A DNA stretch of 64,000 nucleotides from an uncultured Alphaproteobacteria bacterium (GCA_963829395.1 CAWHHX010000002.1:599779-663778), one strand, 5' to 3'. Positions 1-10,191 are shown, counted from the stretch's first letter. The notes: generated by a model not told the origin, from the sequence alone. Numbers and translations are program-made.

Positions 1-221
1 AACAAGATGTCCGGCACCTCGGCGTTTTTGTCGAAGCCCGCCGCCATGCCGACCGGATTGGGAAAATTGAGCCCGAAGGCGCGGACCGCCAGCCGTTTGT
101 CGTCGCGAACGGCCGGCAGCGGCGGCGCAAATTTCAAGAGCCGCAGCGTCAGGCCATGGGCGTCTTCCGGATCAAGCGCATGCAGGAGCGGCCGGACCAG
201 GCGCTCGAAGGCGCCGATCAC
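1..221 (-). CDS. pyrD: dihydroorotate dehydrogenase (quinone), N-terminal fragment; gene runs off the left edge
   Basis: Minus-strand translation from GTG at 221 reads [72 protein letters not shown]. This is the typical class 2 PyrD N-terminus, including the NPVG(L/M)AAGFDKNAE motif. The GTG overlaps the stop of the upstream DUF952 gene (GTGA). It is absent from the ORF track because no stop lies in the window. Confidence 0.75.
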   Translation of the reverse strand, partial: MIGAFERLVRPLLHALDPEDAHGLTLRLLKFAPPLPAVRDDKRLAVRAFGLNFPNPVGMAAGFDKNAEVPDIL

Positions 222-562
222 GACGACAGCTCCGGCAGCGGCCGCCGGCCGCTGGCCTCCTCGGCGAGCGGCCGGGCCCACTTGACGGCCGACAGCGGCA
301 GCGCGGCATAGAGGTGGGGGAAAAGCTCGCCGCCGCGCGAAGGCTCCCACTTCAGCGCACCGCCGAGGGCGTCGGCATCGACGGCGACCAGGATCAAATC
401 CGTCAAGCCGGCAAAATGCTTCGCGGCCGTGCCGGCAAGCTGTGGCGCCGTCGAAAAATGAATGAAGCCGTCGCGCACATCGGCCGGCGATCCGACGAGA
501 CGTCGTTCGGCTTCGGCCGCCTCCCACAATGCCCGCTCGCAGATTTTGTAGATCGTTGTCAC
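218..562 (-). CDS. DUF952 domain-containing protein
   Basis: Track ORF 218..664. The family-typical sequence begins at GTG 562: [19 protein letters not shown]...[60 protein letters not shown]. The upstream 34 codons are not family-like. Confidence 0.7.
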   Translation of the reverse strand: MTTIYKICERALWEAAEAERRLVGSPADVRDGFIHFSTAPQLAGTAAKHFAGLTDLILVAVDADALGGALKWEPSRGGELFPHLYAALPLSAVKWARPLAEEASGRRPLPELSS

Positions 563-761
563 ACCTTTGCCCTGCGGTCCCGCGACCCTATCGGCGGCAA
601 ATCGCCAGTTCAAGCAACCGACTGGGCCGCGGAACTGACCGCCGGAAGCGACCGGCGGTTCCAAACCCGCCCCGCCCGCCGCCTTGTGTCAGGACTTGAG
701 CGCTCAGGCAATAATTCCTATCATCGGGCCAGCGTTCGCCGCGGCGTTGATGGGACTTAAG

Positions 762-1391
762 ATGCTCACGCACGCGCAGGTCTGGTCGGCCATCGATCGT
801 CTGGCGGCCCGCGCCGGCCTCTCGGCCTCGGGCCTGGCCAAGCGCGCCGGGCTCGACCCGACCACCTTCAATAAATCGAAACGCATCACTCCCGACGGCC
901 GCGCCCGCTGGCCGTCGACCGAGTTGATCGCCAAGGCCCTGGCCGCGACCGACACGCCGCTCGACGTGTTCGTCACATTGATCGACGCGCCGGAGGGACG
1001 CGCGACGCGGGCCGTGCCGCTTCTCGGTTTCGCGCAAGCCGGCAGCGGCGGCTATTTCGACGATGGCGGTTTTCCCGTCGGCGCCGGCTGGGACGAAATC
1101 GCTTTCCCGGCGGTCACCGACCAGCATGCTTACGCGCTGGAAATATCCGGCGAGTCGATGCTGCCGGCCTATCGCGACGGCGACGTGATCCTGGTGTCGC
1201 CGTCAGCGCCGATCCGCCGCGGCGACCGCGTCGTGGTGCGGACCAGGGGCGGCGAAGTGATGGCCAAGGAGCTCAAGCGCCGGACCGCGAAGTCGCTTGA
1301 GCTTCGCTCGCTCAACGCCGAGCACGAGGACCGCACGCTGGCGGCCGAGGATGTATCGTGGATCGCGCGGATTTTGTGGGTGAGCCAGTGA
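762..1391 (+). CDS. LexA/CI-like repressor (N-terminal HTH plus C-terminal S24 peptidase domain)
   Basis: Track ORF 684..1391; ATG at 762 gives MLTHAQVWSAIDRLAARAGLSASGLAKRAGLDPTTFNKSK, an HTH. The C-terminal half carries an S24 signature: GESMLP (Ser nucleophile), a GD..LV stretch and a later Lys in VMAKELK. Confidence 0.7.
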   Translation: MLTHAQVWSAIDRLAARAGLSASGLAKRAGLDPTTFNKSKRITPDGRARWPSTELIAKALAATDTPLDVFVTLIDAPEGRATRAVPLLGFAQAGSGGYFDDGGFPVGAGWDEIAFPAVTDQHAYALEISGESMLPAYRDGDVILVSPSAPIRRGDRVVVRTRGGEVMAKELKRRTAKSLELRSLNAEHEDRTLAAEDVSWIARILWVSQ

Positions 1392-1399
1392 GGCCCGCC

Positions 1400-1480
1400 G
1401 TCATTGCGAGGAGCGTAGCGACGAAGCAATCCAGCACCTCGCCCCTTCAACTGGATTGCTTCGCTTCCGCTCGCAATGAC
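1400..1480. repeat. REP-like palindromic element, family A (GTCATTGCGAG...GAAGCAATCCAG / CTGGATTGCTTCGC...CTCGCAATGAC)
   Basis: Long imperfect inverted repeat between the converging ends of the S24 repressor gene and lysK. The same arms recur at 3147-3225 and 13303-13418. Confidence 0.65.
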
Positions 1481-1491
1481 GAACTAAAAAA

Positions 1492-3129
1492 TCACCCCGA
1501 GCGCGCCAGCGCGCCGTCGATCATGTCGATGGTGTTTTGGATGCCGTAGGCGGCGACGAAGGAGCCGAAGCGCGGGCCTTTTTCCTGACCGAGCAGCACC
1601 TGATAGAGCATGTTGAACCAGTCGAGCGAAACGCCGGGCTTGCCGTCCTTGGCCTTTTTCTTGTGGTCGAGGAACGGCTCGCGGCGGCCGACCTCGTAGA
1701 CCACGTCTTGGATCGCTTGCGCCGACGCGTCCGCCGGCAATTGCGAGAGCGCATCGCGCAGGTCGATCAGCGCGGCGCGGCCGGCCTCGTTCGGCTCGCG
1801 GAATTGTTTTGCCGGCAGCACGAAGTCGCGGAAATAATGGATGGCGTAGTCGACCAGCTTGGCGAGATGCGGATGCGTCGCGCTGGTGACGCCTGGCCGG
1901 TAGCGAGCAATGAAGCCCCATAGGGTCTCGGCGTTCTCCGCGTTCGACGCGGTCACGAGCGACAGCAGCATGGCGAAGGTCACCGGATTGTCGGCCTTCG
2001 GCGGCGCGCCGCCATGGATGTGCCAGACCGGATTCGCCAGCCGCTCCTTCGGAGCCTGGCGCTCATAGGCTTCCAGAAACTGCTGATAGTCGTCGACGTG
2101 CCGCGGGATCACGTCGAAATAGAGCCGCTTGGCGGCTTTCGGCTCGCGGTACATGAAGAGCGACAGGCTTTCCGGACTGGCGTAGCGCAGCCACTCCTCG
2201 ATGGTGAGCCCATTGCCCTTCGACTTGGAAATTTTCTGGCCGTGCTCGTCGAGAAAAAGCTCGTAGTTGAAACCTTCCGGCGGCGCGCCACCGAGCGCGC
2301 GGCAGATTTCGCTCGACAGCTTCACGGAATCGATCAGGTCCTTGCCGGCCATCTCGTAATCGACGCCGAGCGCCACCCAGCGCATCGCCCAATCCGGCTT
2401 CCACTGCAATTTGCATTTTCCGCCGGTGACGAGCGTGGTCACGTGCTCGGCCGTGTCAGGATCCTCATACGTAATCGTTCCGGCTTTCGCATCGTGCGCG
2501 ATCACCGGCACCTGCAGCACGGCGCCGGTGCGCGGCGAGATCGGCAGGAACGGCGAATAGGATTGCGCCCGCTCCTCGCGCAGCGACGGCAGCATGATCG
2601 CCATCACCGCCTCGAAGTGCGCCAGCACTTTTAGAAGCGCGTCGTCGAAACGTCCCGATGTGTAGCAGGCGGTCGATGACAGGAATTCATAGTCGAAGCC
2701 GAACTGATCGAGAAAGGCGCGCAGCCGCGCATTGTTGTGGTCGGCGAAACTCGCGTGCGTGCCGAACGGATCGGGCACCTTGGTCAGCGGCTGGTTGAGA
2801 TATTGCGCCACCATCTCCTTGTTGGGGATGTTGTCGGGAACCTTGCGCAAGCCGTCCATATCGTCGGAGAAGGCGATCAGGCGGGTTTTGACCGTGTCGC
2901 CGGTGAGGACGCGGAAGGCGTGGCGCACCATGGTCGTGCGCGCCACTTCGCCGAAGGTGCCGATATGCGGCAGGCCGGACGGCCCGTAGCCGGTCTCGAA
3001 AATGACTTCGTCTTTCGGACGCTTCTTCAGCCGCGCCACGATCTTGCGCGCTTCCTCGAACGGCCAGGCGTTCGACTGCTCGGCAAGCGCGCGCAGGTCG
3101 GGTTCATTTTCGATCGTCACTGTCATCAT
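1492..3129 (-). CDS. lysK: lysine--tRNA ligase, class I
   Basis: Track ORF 1492..3144 (550 aa). It shows a class I synthetase HIGH-type motif ([15 protein letters not shown]) and a KMSKS-type motif (KISKSKGNG), with overall class I LysRS architecture. The track start at 3144 is TTG; ATG codons at 3129 and 3126 are more likely starts. Confidence 0.9.
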   Translation of the reverse strand: MMTVTIENEPDLRALAEQSNAWPFEEARKIVARLKKRPKDEVIFETGYGPSGLPHIGTFGEVARTTMVRHAFRVLTGDTVKTRLIAFSDDMDGLRKVPDNIPNKEMVAQYLNQPLTKVPDPFGTHASFADHNNARLRAFLDQFGFDYEFLSSTACYTSGRFDDALLKVLAHFEAVMAIMLPSLREERAQSYSPFLPISPRTGAVLQVPVIAHDAKAGTITYEDPDTAEHVTTLVTGGKCKLQWKPDWAMRWVALGVDYEMAGKDLIDSVKLSSEICRALGGAPPEGFNYELFLDEHGQKISKSKGNGLTIEEWLRYASPESLSLFMYREPKAAKRLYFDVIPRHVDDYQQFLEAYERQAPKERLANPVWHIHGGAPPKADNPVTFAMLLSLVTASNAENAETLWGFIARYRPGVTSATHPHLAKLVDYAIHYFRDFVLPAKQFREPNEAGRAALIDLRDALSQLPADASAQAIQDVVYEVGRREPFLDHKKKAKDGKPGVSLDWFNMLYQVLLGQEKGPRFGSFVAAYGIQNTIDMIDGALARSG

Positions 3130-3146
3130 CGTCTGTTCTTGCAATC

Positions 3147-3225
3147 GTCATTGCGAGCGACGCGAAGCAATCCAGGAGCTTGCAGAGAGCTGGGTTGCGT
3201 CGTCGCTATCGCGCCTCGCAATGAC
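3147..3225. repeat. REP-like palindromic element, family A
   Basis: GTCATTGCGAGCGACGCGAAGCAATCCAGG...GCGCCTCGCAATGAC lies directly upstream of lysK and shares its arms with the 1400-1480 and 13303-13418 copies. Confidence 0.65.
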
Positions 3226-3262
3226 AAATCGTGGTTCGCGTGGATATCATTGTGGCTCGCGG

Positions 3263-4183
3263 CTAAAACGGGCTGATCGGGAAATAGCGAAGCCACAGAT
3301 CGGTAAAGCTTCCTTTCTCCCAAAGCTGAAATAGCGCCCAATTCAGCGTGAGTCTCATCAGATCGTTGCCGCGCTTCACGGCAATGCCGACGCCCTCGCC
3401 GAAAAAGCGGCTCTCCAGAAATGGCCCGCCGCGGAAGGCGCAGCAGCCCGCCGAATCCGCGCCGTTGAGCCAGAAGGCCAGCGCGATGCCGTCGCCGAAC
3501 AGAAGATCGACCTCCTTGCGGCGCAACGCGTCGCGCGCCGCCTCGGCGTTGGGATAGGAGCGCACCTCGGCCTCGGTGAACATCGCCTTGAGGTAGGCCT
3601 CGTGCGCGGTGCCGGCAACGACGGCGATTTTCTTGCCCTCAAGCCGTTCCGGCAGCACGTCGCCGATGGCGCTGTCGGTGCGCGCCACAAAGCGTGCCGG
3701 CGTGCGGTAATAGGCATCGGTGAAATCGGCGCGGCGGCGCGTTTCCGCCGTCGGCGCGATCGAGGCGATCACGGCGTCACCGCGATTGTCGTTGAGCGCA
3801 TCGAGCAACGTGTCGAACGGCCGCGCCTGAATGGTGCAGCTGATCTTGATCTCGTCGCAGATCAACCGCGCCAGATCGACATTGAAGCCGGCCGGATTGC
3901 CGTCGGCGCCGGTATAGTCGAACGGCGGATAGTCGACGTCGGTGAGAAAGCGGATGCTCTGGATGCGTGACAGATCCGGCCGCTCCGGCCGCCGGCGCGG
4001 GTCCCAAAAGCCGGGCACCACGACGGCGCGCGACGGCGCCGCGGTCTCGGCCGCTGCCGCCGCCGGCCGGTCGCCCGCCGCCGCAAACCCCGCGAGCACA
4101 CATAAAATGGACGCGCCGAGCGCCCCGAGACGCGCTGAGGAGACGGAGCGACTGCGCGATCGCATTACGGCGGAGGGCATCAA
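3263..4183 (-). CDS. amino-acid ABC transporter substrate-binding protein (family 3 type)
   Basis: 306 aa with a signal-peptide-like N-terminus (SARLGALGASILCVLAGFAAA). Body motifs are typical of polar amino-acid binding proteins: YPPFDY....[23 protein letters not shown]. Confidence 0.8.
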   Translation of the reverse strand: MMPSAVMRSRSRSVSSARLGALGASILCVLAGFAAAGDRPAAAAAETAAPSRAVVVPGFWDPRRRPERPDLSRIQSIRFLTDVDYPPFDYTGADGNPAGFNVDLARLICDEIKISCTIQARPFDTLLDALNDNRGDAVIASIAPTAETRRRADFTDAYYRTPARFVARTDSAIGDVLPERLEGKKIAVVAGTAHEAYLKAMFTEAEVRSYPNAEAARDALRRKEVDLLFGDGIALAFWLNGADSAGCCAFRGGPFLESRFFGEGVGIAVKRGNDLMRLTLNWALFQLWEKGSFTDLWLRYFPISPF

Positions 4184-4340
4184 TCGGCGTTTCCCATATA
4201 CGCGGCCCGCTTAGCGGGATCGCAGCAAAAAGTCGAGCCGAAGCATCGCCGCGCGCCGTTGCGTCGCCGCCAGAGGCACCACAAATTTACTGTGAGCCGG
4301 CGGTTTTCAAACACCGATTGCCGAGCGGAGAGACGGATTT

Positions 4341-5511
4341 ATGGATTACGTTCTGCATCAGCCAGTGACGGCGGCGGCGGAGCCGCCCAAGCTGCCGGGT
4401 CAAGTGGTCCTGGTCTTTCAAGGCGGCGGCGCTTTGGGTGCCTATCAGGGCGGCGTCTATCAGGCCCTGCACGAAGCCAAGATCGAACCGGACTGGGTCA
4501 TCGGGACCTCGATCGGCGCCATCAACGCCGCCATCATCGCCGGCAATGACGCCACCGTGCGTCTTGATCGCCTGCGCGAATTCTGGGAGCGGATCGAGCG
4601 CAAGCCGCTGTGGGGCGATACGCCGTTCGGCCAATTGGCCAGCAGCGCCGCCGATTATTGGATGACGATCCTCGGCGGCGTTCCGGGTTACTTCTCGCCC
4701 AACAGCGCCATGGCGTTCGGGTTCAACGCGCCGGTCGGCATCGAGCATGCCGCCTTCTACACCATCGACCAGCTGCGCAAGACGGTCGCCGACGTCGTCG
4801 ACTTCACCTGGCTCAATGCCAAGCACACGCGCCTGACCGTCGGCGCCGTCAATGTGCGCACCGGCAAAATGCATTATTTCGACAGCCGCAGCGTGCCGAT
4901 CACGCTCGACCATGTGCTTGCCTCGGGCGCGGTGCCGCCGGGCTTTCCCGGCGGTCCGCATCGACGGCGATCCGTATTGGGACGGCGGCCTCTACTCGAA
5001 CACGCCGGTCGAGGTCGTATTCGACGACAATCCGCGGCACGATTCCGTCGTGTTCTCGGTGCAGGTCTTTCCGATCGCCGGACCGGAGCCGGAATCGCTC
5101 ATGCAGGTCTTGAGCCGGCAGAAGGACATTCAATTCGCCAGCCGCGCCGACAGTCAGATTCCGCGCCAGGAGCATATCCATCAGCTTCGCCACATGGTGC
5201 GCGAACTGGTGCGCATGATGCCGGAAGCGCAACGCGAGTCGCCGGAGGTCAAGGAGATCGCCGGCTATGGCTGCGGCACGCTCATGCACATCATGCGTCT
5301 CAACGCCGCTCCGCTCGAGCACGAGGACTATCTCCGCGACCTCGATTTTTCGCGCGAGGGCATCCGTCAGCGTTGGCAGGCCGGCTATGCCGACACCTTG
5401 CGCACCTTGGAGCACAAGCCGTGGGAGATACCGATCGACCCGATGGTCGGCGTCGCCGTCTTCGATTCCGACGGCACCGACGCCACGTCGAGTTTGGAAA
5501 AAGCACGATGA
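4341..5511 (+). pseudogene. patatin-like phospholipase, reading frame broken by one extra nucleotide near 4950
   Basis: Frame 1 (4341..) has LVFQGGGALGAYQGG (oxyanion GGG) and GTSIGA (GxSxG), and runs to ...ASGAVPPGFP. Frame 2 (track ORF 4852..5511) continues AVRIDGDPYWDGGLYSNTPVE (catalytic DGG) to the C-terminus. Skipping G at 4950 (TTT CCC [G] GCG GTC) restores one 389-codon frame. Confidence 0.8.
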
Positions 5512-5626
5512 GTGTGCGGCAAAGTGTGTGACGGGCCGTCCGCCGCGCTTGTCCCGCAGTTCAAGCGGATAAGGAACCATCGCGGCCGCCTGGTCATTCT
5601 TGTTCGGCAAGCATCGCGAGGACATC

Positions 5627-6028
5627 ATGGCCGCACCAGCGACACGCCGGAAGACGGCGGCTAAATCGGGCCGTGCCAAATCAACCCGGGCCAAATCCAA
5701 CCGGGCGAAATCCCACCCGGCAAAGTCGGACCGGGGCAAGACGACACGTCGCAAAAGTGCGCACTACTGGTCGGGCCGCGTCACGCGCGAGAGTGACGCG
5801 CTCGATCTGCAAGGCGGCGTCTTTAGCCTGGACGACCCCAAACGCATTGCCGCTTCGCTGAAGCGTTCGGCAGAACGGAGCCGGCGGCGCAAGGCCGAGC
5901 CGTACCGTTCGGCGCTCTCGATGCTGGTCTTCTATATCAACCGCGCCGGCAAAAAATTGTCCGCGAGCCGGCGGCGGACGCTGGAGCGAGCCAAGATCGA
6001 GCTGCGCAGGCAATTCGGTCGGGACTGA
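5627..6028 (+). CDS. DUF3175 domain-containing protein
   Basis: Track ORF 5600..6028. ATG 5627 is preceded by GAGGA. It has a basic Lys/Arg-rich N-terminus followed by a DUF3175-like core: SDALDLQGGVFSLDDPKRIAASLKRSAERSRRRKAEPYRSALSMLVFYINRAGKKL. Confidence 0.7.
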   Translation: MAAPATRRKTAAKSGRAKSTRAKSNRAKSHPAKSDRGKTTRRKSAHYWSGRVTRESDALDLQGGVFSLDDPKRIAASLKRSAERSRRRKAEPYRSALSMLVFYINRAGKKLSASRRRTLERAKIELRRQFGRD

Positions 6029-6156
6029 GCGTTCCCAGGCGGGACGTGCTCATTTCATTGCCGGGCCAGTGATTTTGGCCCGGTCCGGCCGCTAATTTTA
6101 CCGCCAGTTAACCGAGCCCATCAATCATGGCCCCATTGCCTCCAGGGCCGGGGTCG

Positions 6157-7834
6157 ATGGCGATTTGGGACTTTTCCATTCGGACCAAGCTCGCCGCGTG
6201 GGCGACCGTCGGCGTGTTGCTGGTGGCCGGCATGCTGCTCAATCAGCAGATCGGCGACCGCTTTGCCGCGCTGCAACGCGCCGACGCGGACAACAAACAG
6301 CTCGCCGCCGCCGAAGCGTTGCGCGCCGCCTATCATGTGCGCAGCATGCAGATCGAGATCCGGGAAATTCGGCTGGCGATCGCACCGAGCGAGGTCGATC
6401 GCGCCCTGGGGAGGCTCGACGGCGATCGAACAGCCGCGGCGGCGCATCTCGCCGCCGCCCTCAATGTCGCCGACGATCCGGCCGACCGGGCGCGGCTCGA
6501 GAAGCTTGCCGGACTGGTCAAAAGCTATGCCGCCGTCGCCGGCAACCTCGCCGCCGCGGCCAAGAACTACGGCGACACGGTCGAGCAGGTCAACCGCACG
6601 ACCGCGCTCGGCGCCGAGATGAATTCTTTGATCGACGCGACGACAGCCGCACAGATGAGCGCAGCCGACGAGCGCAAGCAGCAGGCGGACGCCGAAACGG
6701 CGTTCGTCAGCCGGCTCGATCTCGGCATCGGCGTGTTCATCGTCGCCGTTCTCGGCAGCGTCGCCGTATTCGGCGCCGTCGCCATCTCCGGCCCGATCCG
6801 GCGCAGCGGCGAAGTGCTGCTGGAACTCGCCGCCGGCAACAAGAACGTCGCGGTTCCCTATACCGGGCGGCGCGACGAGGTCGGCGACAACGCCCGCGCC
6901 GCCCAGACCTTCAAGGAAAAATTGATCCGCATCGACCAACTGGAGGCGGCGGAGAAGGAAACGGTGCGGCGCGCCGCCGACGAGCGCAAAGCCGACATGC
7001 GGGCCTTGGCGAGCGCCTTCGAGACCACGGTGGCGAACGTCGTACGTTCGGTGTCGGCGTCATCGACCGAGCTCGAGGCGGCGGCGCAGGCGCTCGGCAC
7101 AACCGCGGGCGTGACGCGCGATCTGTCCGGCAAAGTCCTCGCCGCCTCGACGCAAGCCTCGCAAAATGTGCAGACGGTTGCGTCGGCCACGGAAGAGCTG
7201 ATCGGATCGGTCGGCGAGATCAGCCGGCAGGTGCAGGAATCCTCCCGCATCGCGCTGCAAGCCGTGGCGCAGGCCGGGAAAACCGACGCCCGGATCGCCG
7301 AGCTGACGCGCGCCGCCGGCCGCATCGGCGACGTCGTGAGGCTGATCACCGACATCGCCGAGCAGACCAACCTCCTGGCGCTCAATGCCACGATCGAGGC
7401 GGCTCGCGCCGGCGAGGCCGGCCGCGGTTTCGCGGTCGTCGCCCAGGAGGTCAAGGCGCTGGCGGCGCAAACCTCCAAGGCGACCGAGGAGATCGGCGTG
7501 CAAATCTCGGGCGTCCAGGCGGCGACGCAGGAACTCCGTCGCCATCATCCAGGAGATCGGCGCCACCATCGGCCGTATCGCCGAGATCGCGGCGACGATC
7601 GCCTCCGCCGTCGAGGTGCAGGCGGCGACGACGCAACAGATCGCCACGAACGTGCAAGCGGCCGCCGGCTCCACCGCGCACGTCACCGCCAACATCGCCG
7701 AAGTCAATGACAGCGCCGCCGAGATCACGTCGGCCTCCGCGCAAGTGCTCGCTTCGGCGCAGACGCTGTCGCACGAAGGCAGCCGGCTATCGGCGGAGAT
7801 GGAAGGGTTTTTCGCCGCGGTGGTGGCGGCGTGA
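6157..7834 (+). pseudogene. methyl-accepting chemotaxis protein, reading frame broken by one extra nucleotide near 7531
   Basis: There are two predicted TM segments ([43 protein letters not shown]). The MCP signalling hairpin [35 protein letters not shown] lies in frame 1. The C-terminal continuation [37 protein letters not shown] is in track ORF 7385..7834. Skipping G at 7531 (ACG CAG [G] AAC TCC) joins them. Confidence 0.85.
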
Positions 7835-7928
7835 AGCAAACCCGTAAAATGGATTGAGCGCAGCGAAACCCATCGTCTTTGCGCCCGGCAACCATCCGCG
7901 ACCTCAAAGAGGCACGCGCGCAGAGTAA

Positions 7929-8378
7929 TTAGCGATTGATCGGCCGACCAATCATGGACGGAACGTTGAAATGCCCCGGCGGTTGGGAATTTTCTTGAAT
8001 GAACTCCATAAGCTTTGTTGTGTAGGTGAACCATTCGGCCCCTCGCGTGTGACGCTCAAAGCGTTGCCCCTCTTTAAAATCATCGTGCAACTTTTGTTCA
8101 AGCTGTTCTGCCTCACGCGCGGGAAATTCACCTTTGTCAAAACAAATGATCCCCAGCAACTGAATTATCTCATGATTGGCAGATTGTATCTGCTCATGCC
8201 GAAGCCGAATACTTTGCTTCAAGTCACGCTTGTCTGGAATACATGTGGTCATGCCAATCTTGATCGCGACTGGCGGGGGACCGCCAGCACCGAAGAAATA
8301 GACAGCTCCCGGACGCCGATACCACTCCGATGACTTACGTTCTGTTTGCAGCGTAAGTTGCGAGATAATTTCTGTCAC
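7929..8378 (-). CDS. T5orf172 (GIY-YIG superfamily-like) domain protein
   Basis: Track ORF 7929..8453. GTG at 8378 sits 7 nt after GGAGGGAGG. The pattern AVYFFGAGG..VAIKIGMTT....R...IQ..N...I.LLG........AE..E..LH..F......R..GAEWF....L.EFI matches what I remember of the T5orf172/MUG113-type domain. It lies in the low-GC island. Confidence 0.6.
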   Translation of the reverse strand: MTEIISQLTLQTERKSSEWYRRPGAVYFFGAGGPPPVAIKIGMTTCIPDKRDLKQSIRLRHEQIQSANHEIIQLLGIICFDKGEFPAREAEQLEQKLHDDFKEGQRFERHTRGAEWFTYTTKLMEFIQENSQPPGHFNVPSMIGRPINR

Positions 8379-8475
8379 GGTCGTTCCTCCCTCCGCCGCG
8401 CCGATCGTAGCGCGATCCCCAATGGCGCTGGCGCCTCGTGGACGACGCAGCACAAGAGACGGGCCGAGCTACCCA

Positions 8476-9339
8476 CTAAATGGGGCATTTCGAGAAGTCG
8501 CGCGCAAAGAAATATTCGCGACTAGTGGTACTCGCAGCACGATTTAATTCAGCTAAATTTTGGTCGGTGATCAGACCGTCGGAGGCAGAATTGACAAGCG
8601 CGAGGCGCGGCGACAGTGGAATGACTGTTTGCAATGGCACGTCTGGCACGATGAACTCGCCCGATTGGGTGGAAATGACGCCCCATCTCGGTACGCCGGC
8701 GGCCAACTGTCGACTGTAAGCGTCTATGCGCAATTGCAGCGTCACGCCGTTGAGTTGCCGGGCGGGCATTCTGCCGCCCTTCCGCGCGAAGAGGTAGCCG
8801 TTCTTTTCTAAATTCTCTTCCTGCTCCTTCGTGACAGCGTCGCCGACAACGCCGTTGAGGTGAATTTCTTGCTCTTCAAGGTTCCTGTAACGGGAACGCA
8901 TGTACCAGAGGGCAAACATCCTATCGATAGTCGCCTTGTCCTCCGACGCGATCGCTCCAACCTTTTTGTCGATGATGGGATCGACAGTCGCCTGAAACTG
9001 ATCCTCGATCCGCTTCATGTAGCCAGCTTCGGTCCTCTGATCCCACGCCCGAGACGCGCAAAACAACGGATTGTTAGGCTTCGTGGCGATGACCTTGCCG
9101 CGCTTCATAAGAAACGCTGTCACAAGGCCACCTTGGGCGAAATGCTCCATCGTTTGCAGCGGAAACACATGCTGGTTGATGGTCAGGCGATTTGGGTTGC
9201 CGGGGCGCGTCCTTTCAGACCTCGTTCTTTTCGGTCGCTTTGCAGACAGCGTTGCCGCCATCACAGCGGCGGCGGGATGCGAGCCAAGGCCCGGTCGCTG
9301 CCGTGGATCATCAAGGATTTTGGTCATCGTGTTGGGCAT
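8476..9339 (-). CDS. DUF4238-like protein
   Basis: 287 aa, with alternative starts at 9327 and 9261. Landmarks resemble DUF4238: an N-terminal H-x-(V/F)-P motif (NQHVFPLQTMEHF), the mid region IDRMFALWYMRSRY, and the C-terminal W.VI....EFIVPDVP......IPLSPRLALV. Assignment is from memory of the family pattern, not from a search. Confidence 0.5.
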   Translation of the reverse strand: MPNTMTKILDDPRQRPGLGSHPAAAVMAATLSAKRPKRTRSERTRPGNPNRLTINQHVFPLQTMEHFAQGGLVTAFLMKRGKVIATKPNNPLFCASRAWDQRTEAGYMKRIEDQFQATVDPIIDKKVGAIASEDKATIDRMFALWYMRSRYRNLEEQEIHLNGVVGDAVTKEQEENLEKNGYLFARKGGRMPARQLNGVTLQLRIDAYSRQLAAGVPRWGVISTQSGEFIVPDVPLQTVIPLSPRLALVNSASDGLITDQNLAELNRAASTTSREYFFARDFSKCPI

Positions 9340-9598
9340 CAGATGGTCAAAGGGCGCTGGGTAGTCCTGGTAATCCTGCTATTTTTCGCTTAACTCTGAA
9401 ATCGCTGTTGATAGAAGATCGGTCGAAAAGTGATTCTAAGGCAAGATCAAAATCACGCAAATTACCCGGGATTACCCAGCATCGAAATGAGCGCCCGCGA
9501 CGTGTAATCGAGTAATTTTCCGGGCGTTAGCCCGGTCGTATATCTAGCCACTTTCACGTTATAATTGCGCTCGTGCAACCAATTCGCGAGCATTTCAA

Positions 9599-9769
9599 AT
9601 GGCCTTCGACCGCACCGCCGGCAACCATCGTTTTGGTTTTTCAGATGAAGTTTGCGTCAGATGCGGCATGACGCGGGAATATTTTCAGGATCACGGCAGG
9701 CCCGTGTGCACAGGACAGAAGCCGGAAAAACGCGAACCCCTCCCCATTGAGGACGACGACAATGGCTGA
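9599..9769 (+). CDS. hypothetical 56-aa protein with a CxxC...C Zn-ribbon-like motif
   Basis: Below the ORF-track length cutoff. Translation: MAFDRTAGNHRFGFSDEVCVRCGMTREYFQDHGRPVCTGQKPEKREPLPIEDDDNG. Its stop overlaps the next gene start (ATGGCTGA). A perfect TATAAT lies at 9560-9565. No clear Shine-Dalgarno, so confidence is low. Confidence 0.3.
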   Translation: MAFDRTAGNHRFGFSDEVCVRCGMTREYFQDHGRPVCTGQKPEKREPLPIEDDDNG

Positions 9770-10186
9770 CGACAAATACGCTGCTCTTGTAGCGCAAGCG
9801 GAGAAGGCCGTTGCAGCGGTAAAGGACCCCTCCCTTAAGCAGATCGCGTTTCAGAAAATACTGATGACCTGCTAAGCGCAAACGAGCAAGAATCGCCGCC
9901 ATCTCGCACTACTAAAGCCGCCAAAAAGGAGCCGAAGGCGAATAAAGTCAGGGGCAGCGCCAGAGGCGGCCCGACAAAATATATTCAAGAGCTGATCGGC
10001 GACAATTTTTTCAAAAAGCCAAAAACCATTTCCGAAGTGAAAGCGGAGCTTGGTAACAGAGGCCACCATATTGCCCTTACCTCCCTTAGTGGCCCCTTGC
10101 AAAATCTTTGCAAGGCGAGAGTTTTAAGGCGGGAGAAGGCAAAAGGCGAAAATAAGAGACAGACGTTCGTCTATTCAATCTTTTAA
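9762..10186 (+). pseudogene. hypothetical protein with a C-terminal winged-helix-like domain; frame broken by one missing nucleotide near 9863
   Basis: Not in the ORF track. ATG 9762 follows GAGGA and gives MADDKYAALVAQAEKAVAAVKDPSLKQIAFQKIL, then TAA at 9873. The adjacent frame has no start codon but reads on coherently: DDLLSANEQESPPSRTTKAAKKEPKANKVRGSARGGPTKYIQELIGDNFFKKPKTISEVKAELGNRGHHIALTSLSGPLQNLCKARVLRREKAKGENKRQTFVYSIF, stopping at 10186. Restoring one G (CTG [G]AT GAC) makes a single 141-codon gene. Confidence 0.45.
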
Positions 10187-10191
10187 ACACC

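Noticed and set aside
4341-5511. Patatin-like lipase as a CBASS (CapV-type) effector.
   Set aside because: No CD-NTase/cyclase, E1/E2/JAB or other CBASS partner gene lies next to either patatin paralog. The neighbours are an SBP and DUF3175 (first copy), and bdhA and a macro-domain gene (second copy).
6165-7847. 560-aa plus-strand ORF in an alternative frame over the chemoreceptor gene, and similar alternative or antisense frames (11862-13424, 16002-16979, 19162-20454, 28079-29335, 36551-37702, 37724-38947, 47623-49407, 57544-58605, 58872-60416, 61612-63006).
   Set aside because: All overlap well-supported genes. All have extreme Arg/Pro/Gly/Ala composition and lack family signatures. They are high-GC frame artefacts.
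9657-9902. 81-aa minus-strand ORF in the island.
   Set aside because: It is antisense to the much more protein-like plus-strand reading (good RBS, coherent 141-aa product after correcting one base). The minus-strand translation is Arg/Cys/Leu-rich with no start context.
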